27,110 bases of DNA from a virus (Duplodnaviria; Caudoviricetes), in IMG/VR virus record IMGVR_UViG_3300037483_000139, positions 1 through 27,110 of that record; one strand, given 5' to 3'. Position numbers and translations under genes: made by a program. Shown here piece by piece: positions 1 through 9,420 of this stretch; position 1 is the first letter of the stretch, and each line of letters opens with the position of its first letter. The notes under the pieces are model-generated. The model ran no database searches. It was given only the letters and a program-made list of their open reading frames with translations, and had not been told where the DNA came from.

Positions 1-1
1 G

Positions 2-391
2 CCCGCCTCGGTCACGCTGACGAATGCCACGGGCCTACCTATTGCGTCAGGCGTTGCCAACCTCGGAACGGGCGTTGCTACGTTCCTGACCACGCCAAGC
101 AGCGCAAACTTGCTGGCTGTGTTAACGGACGAGACTGGCACGGGCGCAGCGGTATTTGCGACATCCCCGACATTGGTAACGCCTGATCTTGGCACGCCGT
201 CCGCCGCTGTTCTGACCAGCGCTACGGGCCTTCCTATCTCGACGGGTGTTTCCGGCCTCGGGGCTGGCGTTGCGACCTTCCTTGCCACGCCTTCAAGCGC
301 CAATCTGCAAAGCGCGCTGACCGACGAAACCGGAACCGGCGGAGCGGTTTTCGCCACGTCCCCCACGATCACCACCCCAAACATTGTCGGC
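2..391 (+). repeat. Two copies of a 195-nt (65-aa) coding tandem repeat
   Basis: PASVTLTNATGLPIASGVANLGTGVATFLTTPSSANLLAVLTDETGTGAAVFATSPTLVTP (from 2) vs PSAAVLTSATGLPISTGVSGLGAGVATFLATPSSANLQSALTDETGTGGAVFATSPTITTP (from 197). Confidence 0.9.
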
Positions 392-802
392 ACGGCTACC
401 AACGACAACGCGGCTGCTGGTAGTGTTGGCGAGGTTGCCTCCAACACCGCGGGCGTGGTGGCTCTCACAACGAACACGCCCGTAAACGTTGGGCAAATAA
501 CTTTGGGTGCCGGGGATTACGATCTCTTCCTTGCTACTAATTTCAGCGGTGCTGGCGGTACTGTTACTACGGATGTCAGAACGGCCATCAACACCACTTC
601 GGCGACATTGCCTGCAGCTGCCAATTTTCAATTCACCCAGACCCGAACCGGCAATATCACTGATGCCATTCACACCCATCTCGTCGGGCCATTCCGTGTT
701 TCCATAACAGGCAGCACGACTTATTACGGCGTATCGCAGGCAACGTTCACGACTAGCACTTATAACGTGTTTGGGACTATCAGGGCACGCCGCATCCGAT
801 GA
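2..802 (+). CDS. 5'-truncated virion fibre/decoration-like protein with 65-aa tandem repeats
   Basis: Frame 2 is open from base 2 (PASVTLTNATGLP...), so the true start lies upstream of the window. T/A/G/S-rich. ATGA overlap with the next gene. Confidence 0.75.
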   Translation, partial: PASVTLTNATGLPIASGVANLGTGVATFLTTPSSANLLAVLTDETGTGAAVFATSPTLVTPDLGTPSAAVLTSATGLPISTGVSGLGAGVATFLATPSSANLQSALTDETGTGGAVFATSPTITTPNIVGTATNDNAAAGSVGEVASNTAGVVALTTNTPVNVGQITLGAGDYDLFLATNFSGAGGTVTTDVRTAINTTSATLPAAANFQFTQTRTGNITDAIHTHLVGPFRVSITGSTTYYGVSQATFTTSTYNVFGTIRARRIR

Positions 803-1083
803 ATTACATTCCGGGAGACGCGTGGAAAATTTGCGACGTGTGTGGTTTTCGCTACCGCGCGTCCCAAACATCCAAGCGATGGGACGGCCTGATCGTCTGC
901 CGGGAAGACTTCGAAACACGGCACCCGCAGGATTTCGTTCGGGGCCGCCGGGACAGGCAGAACGTCCCCGATCCGCGACCGGAGCCGCCCGATGTCTTCA
1001 TAGGGCCGGGCGAGCAAATAATGACAGAGCTGGGCGAGTTTCTATTCACCGAGGACGGCGCCTACATCGAGGTTGAGGTATGA
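799..1083 (+). CDS. Small Cys-containing phage protein (CxxC...C, RHPQDF motif)
   Basis: ATGA-coupled at both ends; CDVCGF...WDGLIVC..DFETRHPQDFVRG. Confidence 0.8.
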   Translation: MNYIPGDAWKICDVCGFRYRASQTSKRWDGLIVCREDFETRHPQDFVRGRRDRQNVPDPRPEPPDVFIGPGEQIMTELGEFLFTEDGAYIEVEV

Positions 1084-2030
1084 GCACGTCTGGCCAAGCA
1101 ACCTTCTCGCGCAACCGGGATCAACTGATCGGGTCCGCGTTGCGCAAGGTGAGTGCGTTCGAGTCCGGAGAAACGCCGGACAGCGAGAGCGTCAACGACG
1201 CTTCCAACGCCCTGAATTCGATGATCAAGCACTGGCAGGGATCGGGTGTCCAGATATGGACCACGCAAGAGGCAATTCTATTCCCCGTAGCCGGTCAATC
1301 GCGGTATGTCGTCGGCAGCGGCACGACGGATAGGGTTTTAGGCCCGTATGTCCAGACGGCACTTTCTGCGGATGCCGCCTCCGGCGCTTCCACCATCACG
1401 GTTGATTCCATCGTCGGCATCGCCACCACCTACACAATCGGCGTATTGTTGGATGACGGAACCATCCAATGGACGACGGTCAATGGTGCGCCTTCCGGGT
1501 CAACCGTCACCCTGACAGCGACGCTCACCGGGGCGGCATCTACGGATAACGCCGTGTTCGTGGCGGCGGCGTCTACTCTCGTTCGCCCGCTCAAGATCAT
1601 TTCTGGCCGCTCGCACAACCTCGAAAGCGGCATCGATACGCCTTTGGAGGAAATGGACCGCATCGAATACCAGGAGATGCCCAACAAGACGAGCACGGGC
1701 GCGGTCAATAGCTTCTATTATGACCGCAGGGGCGGCGCTAACCAAACCGGGTTGCTGTATCTCTGGACATCGCCGGCAGACGCTGCCGACGCAATCAAGA
1801 TGACTGTGGCCCGTCCGATCCAGGACTTCACGGTTGCCGGTGACGACGCTGATCTTCCCCAAGAATGGATCAGGGCCATTGAGTGGGGTTTGGCGGACGA
1901 AATCGCCGACGAATACGACGTGCCAGAGCCCAAGCGCACCCGGATTGAACGACGGGCGGCGCAGTTCCTCGCCGAAGCCAATTGGTGGGAACGCGAACTC
2001 CTTACTTTCCAGTTCGCGCCTGATCGATGA
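1080..2030 (+). CDS. Head-tail adaptor, P22 gp4-like, with an inserted beta-rich domain
   Basis: N-terminal helix pattern LIGSALRK...GETPDSE...DASNALNSMIKHW and C-terminal LPQEWIRAIEWGLADEIADEY; lies just upstream of the gp10-like gene. Confidence 0.7.
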   Translation: MSTSGQATFSRNRDQLIGSALRKVSAFESGETPDSESVNDASNALNSMIKHWQGSGVQIWTTQEAILFPVAGQSRYVVGSGTTDRVLGPYVQTALSADAASGASTITVDSIVGIATTYTIGVLLDDGTIQWTTVNGAPSGSTVTLTATLTGAASTDNAVFVAAASTLVRPLKIISGRSHNLESGIDTPLEEMDRIEYQEMPNKTSTGAVNSFYYDRRGGANQTGLLYLWTSPADAADAIKMTVARPIQDFTVAGDDADLPQEWIRAIEWGLADEIADEYDVPEPKRTRIERRAAQFLAEANWWERELLTFQFAPDR

Positions 2031-3433
2031 TCATAAATTTCGCAACGCAAACATACCAGAACGCATCAAAGCCAATTTCGGCGCAGCGGGCTGTGAATTG
2101 CTACGCGGAAGCGCAGCCCAAAGACGCGAAGACACAAGTGGCTTTGTTGGGATGCCCGGGAATTGAAGAGTTCACAACGTGCGGAAACGGACCAGTCCGC
2201 GGCATGCACGTAATGGGCGGAGTTCTCTATGTTGTCTCAGGCCAGCGCCTGTATAGCGTATCGTCACTCGGCGCCGCGACCGACATCGGCGGAAATATCA
2301 CAGGCCACGATATTGTATCGATGGATGACAACGGAACAGAATTGGTTATCGTCTCAGGAGAGAACGGATATCTTTATTCAACGACTGTCGGGTTTATCCT
2401 GATTTCTGATACTGACTTCAACGACGCCAACACGGTGACGTTCTTCGATCAGAGATTTGTGTTCGACTGGAAAGACACCAACAAGTTCTTTGCCTCCGAT
2501 TTACTCGACGGTTCATCGTATTCCGCTCTCTCCTTTGCTTCAGCCGAATCTCGTCCAGACAATGTTCAGGCCGTCATTCTGAACAAGCAGATTCTTCTGG
2601 TTTGCGGAACGGAGTCGATCGAGCCATGGCAGAACGTTGGTGCCGCCAATTTTCCGTTTGAACGGATTCCAGGCGCCGTGATCGAACGCGGCTTGGCGGA
2701 GCCTCACGCGATCTGCAAGGAAGACAATACCGTTTTCTTTATGGGCAACGACCGTGTGTTCTATCGCCTGGATGGATTAACGCCGGTTCGCGTCAGTACG
2801 CACGCCATGGAACATCTGTGGCAGTCTCACTCCACGATGGATCAACTTTTTTGCTTCGCCTATCCATGGCAGGGACACAAGTTCGTTACGGTTACATTTC
2901 CCGCGACAAACACAACGTTTGAAATGAATATCGCAACCGGGCTTTGGCACGAGCGGGAGTCATGGGACATAAACGGACGTTCATTGGGCCGGTGGCGGGC
3001 AAACTGTAACGTTACAGCCTACAATTATGAACTGATCGGCGATTCCGCATCCGGTAAGATCGGCCATCTATCTCACCATACTTATACCGAGTTCGGTAAC
3101 ACGGTGCAGATGTTGGCGGCATCTCCACCAATCCACCAGGACCGCAAGCGCGTGTTCATTCCGCGATTTGAAATAGACATTGAGGGCGGCGTCGGGCTGA
3201 CGACAGGCCAGGGCTCTGACCCGCAAGTGATGCTGCGCATTTCAAGGGACGGCGGCCGAACTTGGGGCCATAGTCAGAAGTGGCGCAGCATGGGCGCGAT
3301 CGGGGCCTATAAGTCGCGGATGCGATGGTTGAGGCTTGGTCAGGCAAGGGAATGGGTATTCGAGGTTACTATTTCCGATCCGGTTAGGCGGAATGTCATC
3401 AATGCCCATGCCGATTTGATGGTTGGCACATGA
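2027..3433 (+). CDS. Packaged DNA stabilization / tail hub protein, P22 gp10-like
   Basis: 468 aa, beta-propeller-like; motifs FASAESRPD, SIEPWQNVGAANFPFERI, DPQVMLRISRDGGRTWG, WLRLGQAR. Confidence 0.85.
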   Translation: MIINFATQTYQNASKPISAQRAVNCYAEAQPKDAKTQVALLGCPGIEEFTTCGNGPVRGMHVMGGVLYVVSGQRLYSVSSLGAATDIGGNITGHDIVSMDDNGTELVIVSGENGYLYSTTVGFILISDTDFNDANTVTFFDQRFVFDWKDTNKFFASDLLDGSSYSALSFASAESRPDNVQAVILNKQILLVCGTESIEPWQNVGAANFPFERIPGAVIERGLAEPHAICKEDNTVFFMGNDRVFYRLDGLTPVRVSTHAMEHLWQSHSTMDQLFCFAYPWQGHKFVTVTFPATNTTFEMNIATGLWHERESWDINGRSLGRWRANCNVTAYNYELIGDSASGKIGHLSHHTYTEFGNTVQMLAASPPIHQDRKRVFIPRFEIDIEGGVGLTTGQGSDPQVMLRISRDGGRTWGHSQKWRSMGAIGAYKSRMRWLRLGQAREWVFEVTISDPVRRNVINAHADLMVGT

Positions 3434-3867
3434 CGATCACAGCGATTCCTTCACCAATTCCGCGGCCGAACAGCCAATTCCCGTTTATCGACATCAATAC
3501 GGGCTCTCTGAGCGAGCATGGTAACCAGCTTCTGAGCGCTTGGTATAATTTCATCGTTGGCATGAATCGGACGACGCCATGCAATGCGAGCGGGACCAAC
3601 GTGATCAGTCTTACGCCGCTCGATGCATCTCCGCTGATCACTGCATATGTCGATTATGAGATTTACTCCTTTGTTGCGGCCAACACGTCAAGCGGAAGCG
3701 TAACGATGACCGTTGTACCGAGGTCTGGGACATTGGCGACGCTGAAGGCATATGTAACGGCGGGGGCTGTGCAGGCTGGGAGCGGAGATATCGTCGCCGG
3801 GTCTCTTTATCTTGCAATCTACAATGCCGCGCTTGATACAGGCGCAGGTGGATTCGTGATCAAATGA
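3430..3867 (+). CDS. Putative tail-tip/needle-position virion protein
   Basis: ATGA-coupled; occupies the slot between the gp10-like and GNAT genes; beta-rich C-terminal half. Confidence 0.6.
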   Translation: MTITAIPSPIPRPNSQFPFIDINTGSLSEHGNQLLSAWYNFIVGMNRTTPCNASGTNVISLTPLDASPLITAYVDYEIYSFVAANTSSGSVTMTVVPRSGTLATLKAYVTAGAVQAGSGDIVAGSLYLAIYNAALDTGAGGFVIK

Positions 3868-4331
3868 GAGCAGAAATCCGCGCGGCTCAACCGGATGACC
3901 TCGGCCCGCTTCTCGATATGGGGCGCGAGTTCTTCGAGCAATCAGGCAATTCCAGGTTCACGACGTTTGATGAGCCATCTCTTACTACCACTCTAATCGG
4001 GCTTATGAGTGGCGTCCCGACTGGCTGTGTTCTGGTTGCTGACATCGATGGCAATGTTGTCGGGATGGCAGGCTGTGTGGTGTTCCCGTTCTACGCCAAC
4101 ATGAACACGAAGATCGGGCAAGAAGTGTTTCTTTGGGTTGACCCGGCTCACCGCGGGGCTGTTGGCGATGCCCTGCTGGATGAGTTGGAGGCCACAGCAA
4201 TGCGCAAGGGCGCGAAGGTGTTCATCAACGCTAACATCGCTGGTGAGCGGGACAAGGCGTTTGCGCGGTACTATCGCCGCCGCGGGTGTGTTCCGGCCGA
4301 ACAAACCCATATCAGGATTTTATCTTCATGA
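3864..4331 (+). CDS. GNAT-fold acetyltransferase-like protein (P22 gp14 position)
   Basis: IRAAQPDDL, VLVADIDGNVVG, LWVDPAHRGAVGDALL, RYYRRRG. Confidence 0.85.
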   Translation: MRAEIRAAQPDDLGPLLDMGREFFEQSGNSRFTTFDEPSLTTTLIGLMSGVPTGCVLVADIDGNVVGMAGCVVFPFYANMNTKIGQEVFLWVDPAHRGAVGDALLDELEATAMRKGAKVFINANIAGERDKAFARYYRRRGCVPAEQTHIRILSS

Positions 4332-5062
4332 TCGGAACCGGACTTGCCATTCTAGGAGCTGGCGTTCTCGGAGCCGGCGCGACCATGTACGGCTCCAGCA
4401 AGGCGGCTGACGCGCAGAAGGACGCCGCCAATCAGGCCGCTGCGGTCCAGGCGAAGGGCCAAGCTGACGCGCTCGCCTTCCAAAAGGAAGTTTACGATAC
4501 CCAGAAGGCGAACTTTGGCGACACCAAGGGCTATCTGTCGCCGTTTGTTAACAACGGTGTCAATGCGAGCAACACGCTTGCCAGCGGGCTCGGCGGCGAT
4601 CTGTCAACGTTCTTTAACTCGCCAGATTACCAATTTGCCCTCAAGGGCGGCAGCCAAGCGCTGGATAACTCCGCCGCGGCCAAGGGTGGCGTTCTCAGCG
4701 GCAACCAGATCCGGGCGCAGACTGAATACGGGCAGGGCCTGGCAACACAAAACCTGCAAAGCTATTTTGCCCGACTGTCTGGCATGGCCGGGCAGGGTAT
4801 TCAGGCGGGCGGATATCTGGGCCAGATCGGCTCTGGCCTTGGCAGCGGCATTGTGGGCGCGAACGCAGCCGCAAACATCACCGGATCCAACAACCAGGCG
4901 CAGTCAATCATGGGTGCTGGTACGGCTGAGGCATCCGGCTATCTCGGCGCGGTCAAGGGCCTCAATAGCGGCCTTAGTTCGCTTTCGCTCTACAACCAGA
5001 TGGGCAAGTCAAGTTATGGCGGGACCGGCTTTAGCCTGAACAACACGGGAGGGCTGTACTGA
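4328..5062 (+). CDS. DNA transfer/ejection protein, P22 gp7-like
   Basis: ATG at 4328 overlaps the upstream stop (ATGA). Gly/Ala hydrophobic N-terminus, SSKAADAQKDAA, SPDYQF, SAAAKGGVLSG. Confidence 0.85.
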   Translation: MIGTGLAILGAGVLGAGATMYGSSKAADAQKDAANQAAAVQAKGQADALAFQKEVYDTQKANFGDTKGYLSPFVNNGVNASNTLASGLGGDLSTFFNSPDYQFALKGGSQALDNSAAAKGGVLSGNQIRAQTEYGQGLATQNLQSYFARLSGMAGQGIQAGGYLGQIGSGLGSGIVGANAAANITGSNNQAQSIMGAGTAEASGYLGAVKGLNSGLSSLSLYNQMGKSSYGGTGFSLNNTGGLY

Positions 5063-6285
5063 TGGCGGTCATTGACAACACCCTCGCCGCGCAAGTCCCT
5101 ACGTTCGACCCGGCGACGCCTCTCAAGCAGGCAGCTCAACTCCAGGCGGCCGATCAGGAAATGCGCCAGAACCAGTTCAAGCAGGCTCAGCTCGAACTCG
5201 GCACGGAAGCCCGCGGGCTTGCTGCGGTTCAAAACTCGCCTGAGTTTCCCAAGCTTTGGGCTGAAGCCTCCGACCGTATGCTACAGAAGGGCTTACTCAC
5301 CCCGCAAGCACATCAACAATGGCGCAACACTCCGTCCCCGTTGCTGCTCAAGCAGATGATTGCGCAAACAGAGGACCCGACGCTTCAGTTCCGAAAGCAA
5401 GAAGCGCAGCGCGATCAGGGCAACCAGAACCGGAATTTCGGTCTGGCTGAGCGGCGGATAGCATTGGCTGAAGACCCGACGCCGGATGAATTCGAGAAAG
5501 ACCCGAATAATCCGGGAGCCTATCGTGCTATTCAGGGCGGGCCAAAAGACCCGTCCTATCTGTCCCAGGTCAGCCAAGCCCAAGGTAAGAAAAACCTGCC
5601 GGCCGGATTTGAGCCAGACCCCGTAAATGGCGGGCTGAAACCCATAGCCGGAGGCCCTGCCGACCCGGCCTATCTGCGCCAGAAAGGTGACAGGCAGAAC
5701 GCCCCATCTGGCTATCAATGGAACGACCCGGCCAACCCTTCCGCGGGAATGACTGCAATTCCAGGCGGCCCCGGCGAAAAGGTGGACGCTGAAGTTGCTG
5801 GACGTCTGGGTCTGGCCAAATCGTTTCTTGGTGACCTTCCCGATCTCAAGCGGCGTGTTGAGGCCGGGGAATTGACCGGCGTTATCGACGCCAGCAAAGC
5901 AAAGGCGGGCATCGGCGGTCCGGGGGAAATCCGGCGCAAGATCGACTCGGGTGCAGAAGCGTTGCTGCGCATGCTCACTGGTGCAGGAATGAACAAGGAA
6001 GAGGCGTCTGAGTATGTCCGCCGCTATAAGTTCAGCATGACCGATACGGCAACTACCGTCATGTCAAAGCTCAATCAGCTTGAACAGGAACTGAATTCGG
6101 TTGGCGAAACGGTCGGCAAGGGCCGCGGCGGGTGGACTTCACCGAGCAAGCCAAAGACTTCTGGTCTCGGGAAGGATGCGGATGTTCTGCTGGGCCAAGC
6201 CCGTGAAGCTATTAAGGCCGGGGCTCCAAAAGAGGCCGTTATCAAGCGCCTTCATGGCGCTGGCATTACTGCGGATTATCTTTGA
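5062..6285 (+). CDS. Ejection protein (gp20 position)
   Basis: TGATG coupling; Q/A-rich helical N-terminus; three GGP-containing repeats; synteny. Confidence 0.65.
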   Translation: MAVIDNTLAAQVPTFDPATPLKQAAQLQAADQEMRQNQFKQAQLELGTEARGLAAVQNSPEFPKLWAEASDRMLQKGLLTPQAHQQWRNTPSPLLLKQMIAQTEDPTLQFRKQEAQRDQGNQNRNFGLAERRIALAEDPTPDEFEKDPNNPGAYRAIQGGPKDPSYLSQVSQAQGKKNLPAGFEPDPVNGGLKPIAGGPADPAYLRQKGDRQNAPSGYQWNDPANPSAGMTAIPGGPGEKVDAEVAGRLGLAKSFLGDLPDLKRRVEAGELTGVIDASKAKAGIGGPGEIRRKIDSGAEALLRMLTGAGMNKEEASEYVRRYKFSMTDTATTVMSKLNQLEQELNSVGETVGKGRGGWTSPSKPKTSGLGKDADVLLGQAREAIKAGAPKEAVIKRLHGAGITADYL

Positions 6286-8837
6286 TGGCCGAAGCCAATC
6301 CGTTTGCTGACCTCATTCCTAAAGGCGGGGGAAATCCGTTTGCCGATTTGATCCCGGCCAAGCAGGAAGATAGCAGTATTCCGGCGCTTATTAGTGATGT
6401 GCCGAAGGAAATCGCAGCTGAAGCCAAGTCCGGGGCCGCGGACGTTGCGGCGCTAGGTCGACGCGGAGAGATGGGGGCAGTTGAGGGATTTCTATCTCTT
6501 CCAAAGGCGGCTATAGGGGCCGCACGGGTTGCGCTATCTCCGCTTACCGGTACCGCTCGCTCAGTGCTTGGACACCCGATTGCTGACTTAGAAACGGCCG
6601 TGGGCGGGCTTATCGATCCAGAGGTTGCCAAGCAGCGGGAGGAAAGCGGGGCAGCCTACGAGGACGCCAAGCGGTCTGTAGACACGGCTATGGCGGCTGG
6701 TATGCCTGGAAGGGCCAAGGTGCCAGTCCCGACGCCGGCCCTTACTGAGGGGCAAGAGGTCGCGCTTGCCGCTGATCGTCTGTCTAAAAGTGGTAGCCCC
6801 GTTGATGTACCCCGCGCCCTTGCAAGCGATAGCATGGCAGTGCAGCGCACAGGGCAGGCCATCCGAAACATACCCATCGTCGGCGACGCCATCCCGAAGT
6901 CTACTCTTCGTCTTGGGGATCAACTTGAAGAGGCCGCCACCAACGTTGCGGGTCAATTTGGAGGTGGCAGTGGTCCAAACGTTGCCCACAGGATCGGCGA
7001 GACTATTTCCGGGCAAGCTCAAGCTGAGGTGCAAGCTGCAAAATCGGCAGCAGCTCAGAGTGACGCCGCGGTACTCGCCCAATGGGAGAACAGTGTTCGG
7101 GCCACGGAAACCGGGATTTCAGGTGTAGAGCAGACCGCTTTGCAGCGCGCCCGCCAGTCCATCGGGAATATGTCACCGCAGGACATGGGCGAGACGCTGA
7201 TAGCCCGGCTGCGGCAGGGAGAGCGGGAAGCCCACGCCACAAAGGAACGTCTGTACGGGGTTGCTGGGGAAAGTGACGGCTCAATTGCCGCTGACGCGGT
7301 GCGCGGTGCGCGTACCCGGATTGCTCAGGCCCTTGACCAAGATGGATTTGTCATCGACGGGCAGCTAACGCCGGCCGCCAACCGTATGATAACCGAGCTG
7401 GACAACATCTCGTCCCTGCGCATCCCGAACCGGGTTGCCTCGCCGAGGTCAATGTCTGGGGCTGGCGATGACGTTTCAGTCGCAGCCGTCAACATGCAGG
7501 GGATTGAGCAGACCCGGAAGCGTCTGAATAGCCTCGCCCAGACGGCGAACAACGATGGTGACAGGCGGGCTGCCGGCGCGGTTATCCGTGAATTTGACAA
7601 CTGGCTTGGTGACGCCTTCGACAACGCGCTGTTTTCTGGCAGTGAGGCGGCGCTGCAATCGTTTCGGGCCGCGCGTGCTGCCAACACTGAATGGCGCCAG
7701 CGGTTTGGGTTCAACGCCCGAGACGACGCTGACCGGGTTGTTAACCGGATCGTCACTGGAGAAGTTACCCCACAAGAGGTCTCTAACTACATCATTGGGG
7801 CGTCGAAGGTCGGCAGCAAGGGTGTTTCGTCTCGGCTCCTAACCAGGATTGCAGAGGCGACCGGCGGCGACCCGGAAGCGATGAACGCGATCCGGTCGGG
7901 CGTGTGGAATAGGCTATCGCAGTCAACCGAGGGCGTTAACCCCAAAACCGCCGTTAAGGTCGCTGACGACATTGGGGAGTTTCTGAACGGCTCGGGGCGG
8001 GATGTGGCCAACCGGCTATTCAGTGACCCGCAGCGCGGCATCATGCGGGCCTACGCCGACACGGTAAGGGCGGGCGTTCGAGCGCGGGAATCCGCTGCCG
8101 AGATCGCAGCCAACACCAAGCCGGGTCAAATGGAGGTGGGCATCGGTCCATTCCAGCAACTAGCTAAAGCCGTGCTTGGCGGTGGTCGGGCCGATGAGGC
8201 ACTTTATTCGGCAATAAATTCTTATGCCAAGTCGGGGTCGAGGGGAGATATCAATCTGCTCTCGAAGGTGCTTCAAGCTGTTCCGCAGGCGGAGCGCGGC
8301 AACCTTGCCAGTGCGATGGTCAGAGATATGGGCGTATCGCCGCGGACGGGTCAGTTTTCGCCTGACGTGTTCGTATCGAGTTGGAATACCTACCGGCCGG
8401 AATCCAAGGCGCTCTTGTTTGGCATGGCTGGTCCACAGCGCGCAGCTCTGGACGATATCGCCAAGATATCCTTGCGCATGAAGGAAGTCGGGAGCCGCTT
8501 CGGCAATCCATCCGGAACGGCGCAGAACGTGAATTATTTTGCTCTTGCCGGCTCGGCCATAGCAGCCCCGTTGACTACCTTGGCTGCAGCACTAGGGGGT
8601 GCCGGCGCAGCGAAGGTGCTTTCGTCTCCCGTTGGAGCTTCCAGCGTGGCGAAGTGGGCCAGGACCTATGAGACTGCCGCAACAGCTCCAACCCCGGCGC
8701 GGCTTGAGGCGTACAATCGCGCGTCGTCACTTCTGGCCATCAACGTCAGTCAGGTGAACGGCGGCAGGATCAAGGAAATTCTTTCGAGTCTGCAAAGCGG
8801 CCCCGTACCAGCAGCAGCCGAAGATAAACAGCAATAG
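6285..8837 (+). CDS. Large ejection protein (gp16 position)
   Basis: About 850 aa, Ala-rich helical; duplicated NPFADLIP at the N-terminus; NPSGTA motif; synteny. Confidence 0.7.
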   Translation: MAEANPFADLIPKGGGNPFADLIPAKQEDSSIPALISDVPKEIAAEAKSGAADVAALGRRGEMGAVEGFLSLPKAAIGAARVALSPLTGTARSVLGHPIADLETAVGGLIDPEVAKQREESGAAYEDAKRSVDTAMAAGMPGRAKVPVPTPALTEGQEVALAADRLSKSGSPVDVPRALASDSMAVQRTGQAIRNIPIVGDAIPKSTLRLGDQLEEAATNVAGQFGGGSGPNVAHRIGETISGQAQAEVQAAKSAAAQSDAAVLAQWENSVRATETGISGVEQTALQRARQSIGNMSPQDMGETLIARLRQGEREAHATKERLYGVAGESDGSIAADAVRGARTRIAQALDQDGFVIDGQLTPAANRMITELDNISSLRIPNRVASPRSMSGAGDDVSVAAVNMQGIEQTRKRLNSLAQTANNDGDRRAAGAVIREFDNWLGDAFDNALFSGSEAALQSFRAARAANTEWRQRFGFNARDDADRVVNRIVTGEVTPQEVSNYIIGASKVGSKGVSSRLLTRIAEATGGDPEAMNAIRSGVWNRLSQSTEGVNPKTAVKVADDIGEFLNGSGRDVANRLFSDPQRGIMRAYADTVRAGVRARESAAEIAANTKPGQMEVGIGPFQQLAKAVLGGGRADEALYSAINSYAKSGSRGDINLLSKVLQAVPQAERGNLASAMVRDMGVSPRTGQFSPDVFVSSWNTYRPESKALLFGMAGPQRAALDDIAKISLRMKEVGSRFGNPSGTAQNVNYFALAGSAIAAPLTTLAAALGGAGAAKVLSSPVGASSVAKWARTYETAATAPTPARLEAYNRASSLLAINVSQVNGGRIKEILSSLQSGPVPAAAEDKQQ

Positions 8838-8886
8838 CCCGTAAGGGTAAGGCACGCAGAGCCACACCAACACGAAACAAGCAAGG

Positions 8887-8914
8887 GCCGTCCATTTCGG
8901 GCGGCTTTTTCTTT
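8887..8914 (+). terminator. Rho-independent terminator
   Basis: GCCGTCC-ATTTC-GGGCGGC followed by TTTTTCTTT. Confidence 0.75.
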
Positions 8915-8925
8915 GGGAATTAAAA

Positions 8926-9420
8926 ATGGTCAAACGCATATCTCACGAACGTCTACTTGAGTTGGTTCATTATGACCCAGAAACCGGGCTGATGAAATGG
9001 CTTAAGCCGACTTCTAATCGGGTAAAAATAGGTCAGCGGGCGGGGAGCCTATCTGGTAACGGCTATTGGCAGATCAAACTCGACGGCGTGGTCTATAGCT
9101 TCCATCGCGTGGTGTGGTTTTACGTTACCGGCGTCTGGCCGGACCGCTGGATCGACCACGAGGATGGCGATACCGGCGACAATCGTTTCGCAAAGCTGCG
9201 GCTTTCTACCATCTCCCAAAATTCCGGGAACGCTAAAAGGCACGCGGATAATTCGACCGGCCTAAAAGGCGTCGAGCGCAAGCGCGACAGGTTCGCGTCG
9301 TCCATCATGTGCGGGGGCGTGAAACACTGGCTCGGCGTATTTGACACGCCAGAGCAGGCACACGCTGCGTATGTGGCGGCGTCTCAGAAGCTATTCGGCG
9401 ATTTCGCGAGGGCTGCATAA
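8926..9420 (+). CDS. HNH homing endonuclease with C-terminal AP2-like domain
   Basis: YDPETG, HRVVW, IDHEDGDTGDNRFAKLR..T.SQN, then STGLKGV...HWLGVFDTPEQAHAAY. Confidence 0.9.
   Translation: MVKRISHERLLELVHYDPETGLMKWLKPTSNRVKIGQRAGSLSGNGYWQIKLDGVVYSFHRVVWFYVTGVWPDRWIDHEDGDTGDNRFAKLRLSTISQNSGNAKRHADNSTGLKGVERKRDRFASSIMCGGVKHWLGVFDTPEQAHAAYVAASQKLFGDFARAA

Noticed and set aside
293-8671. Numerous alternative-frame and antisense ORFs in the ORF track (also 23066-23770 and 24735-25286)
   Set aside because: Shadows of well-supported coupled genes in GC-rich DNA, with no RBS or motifs.
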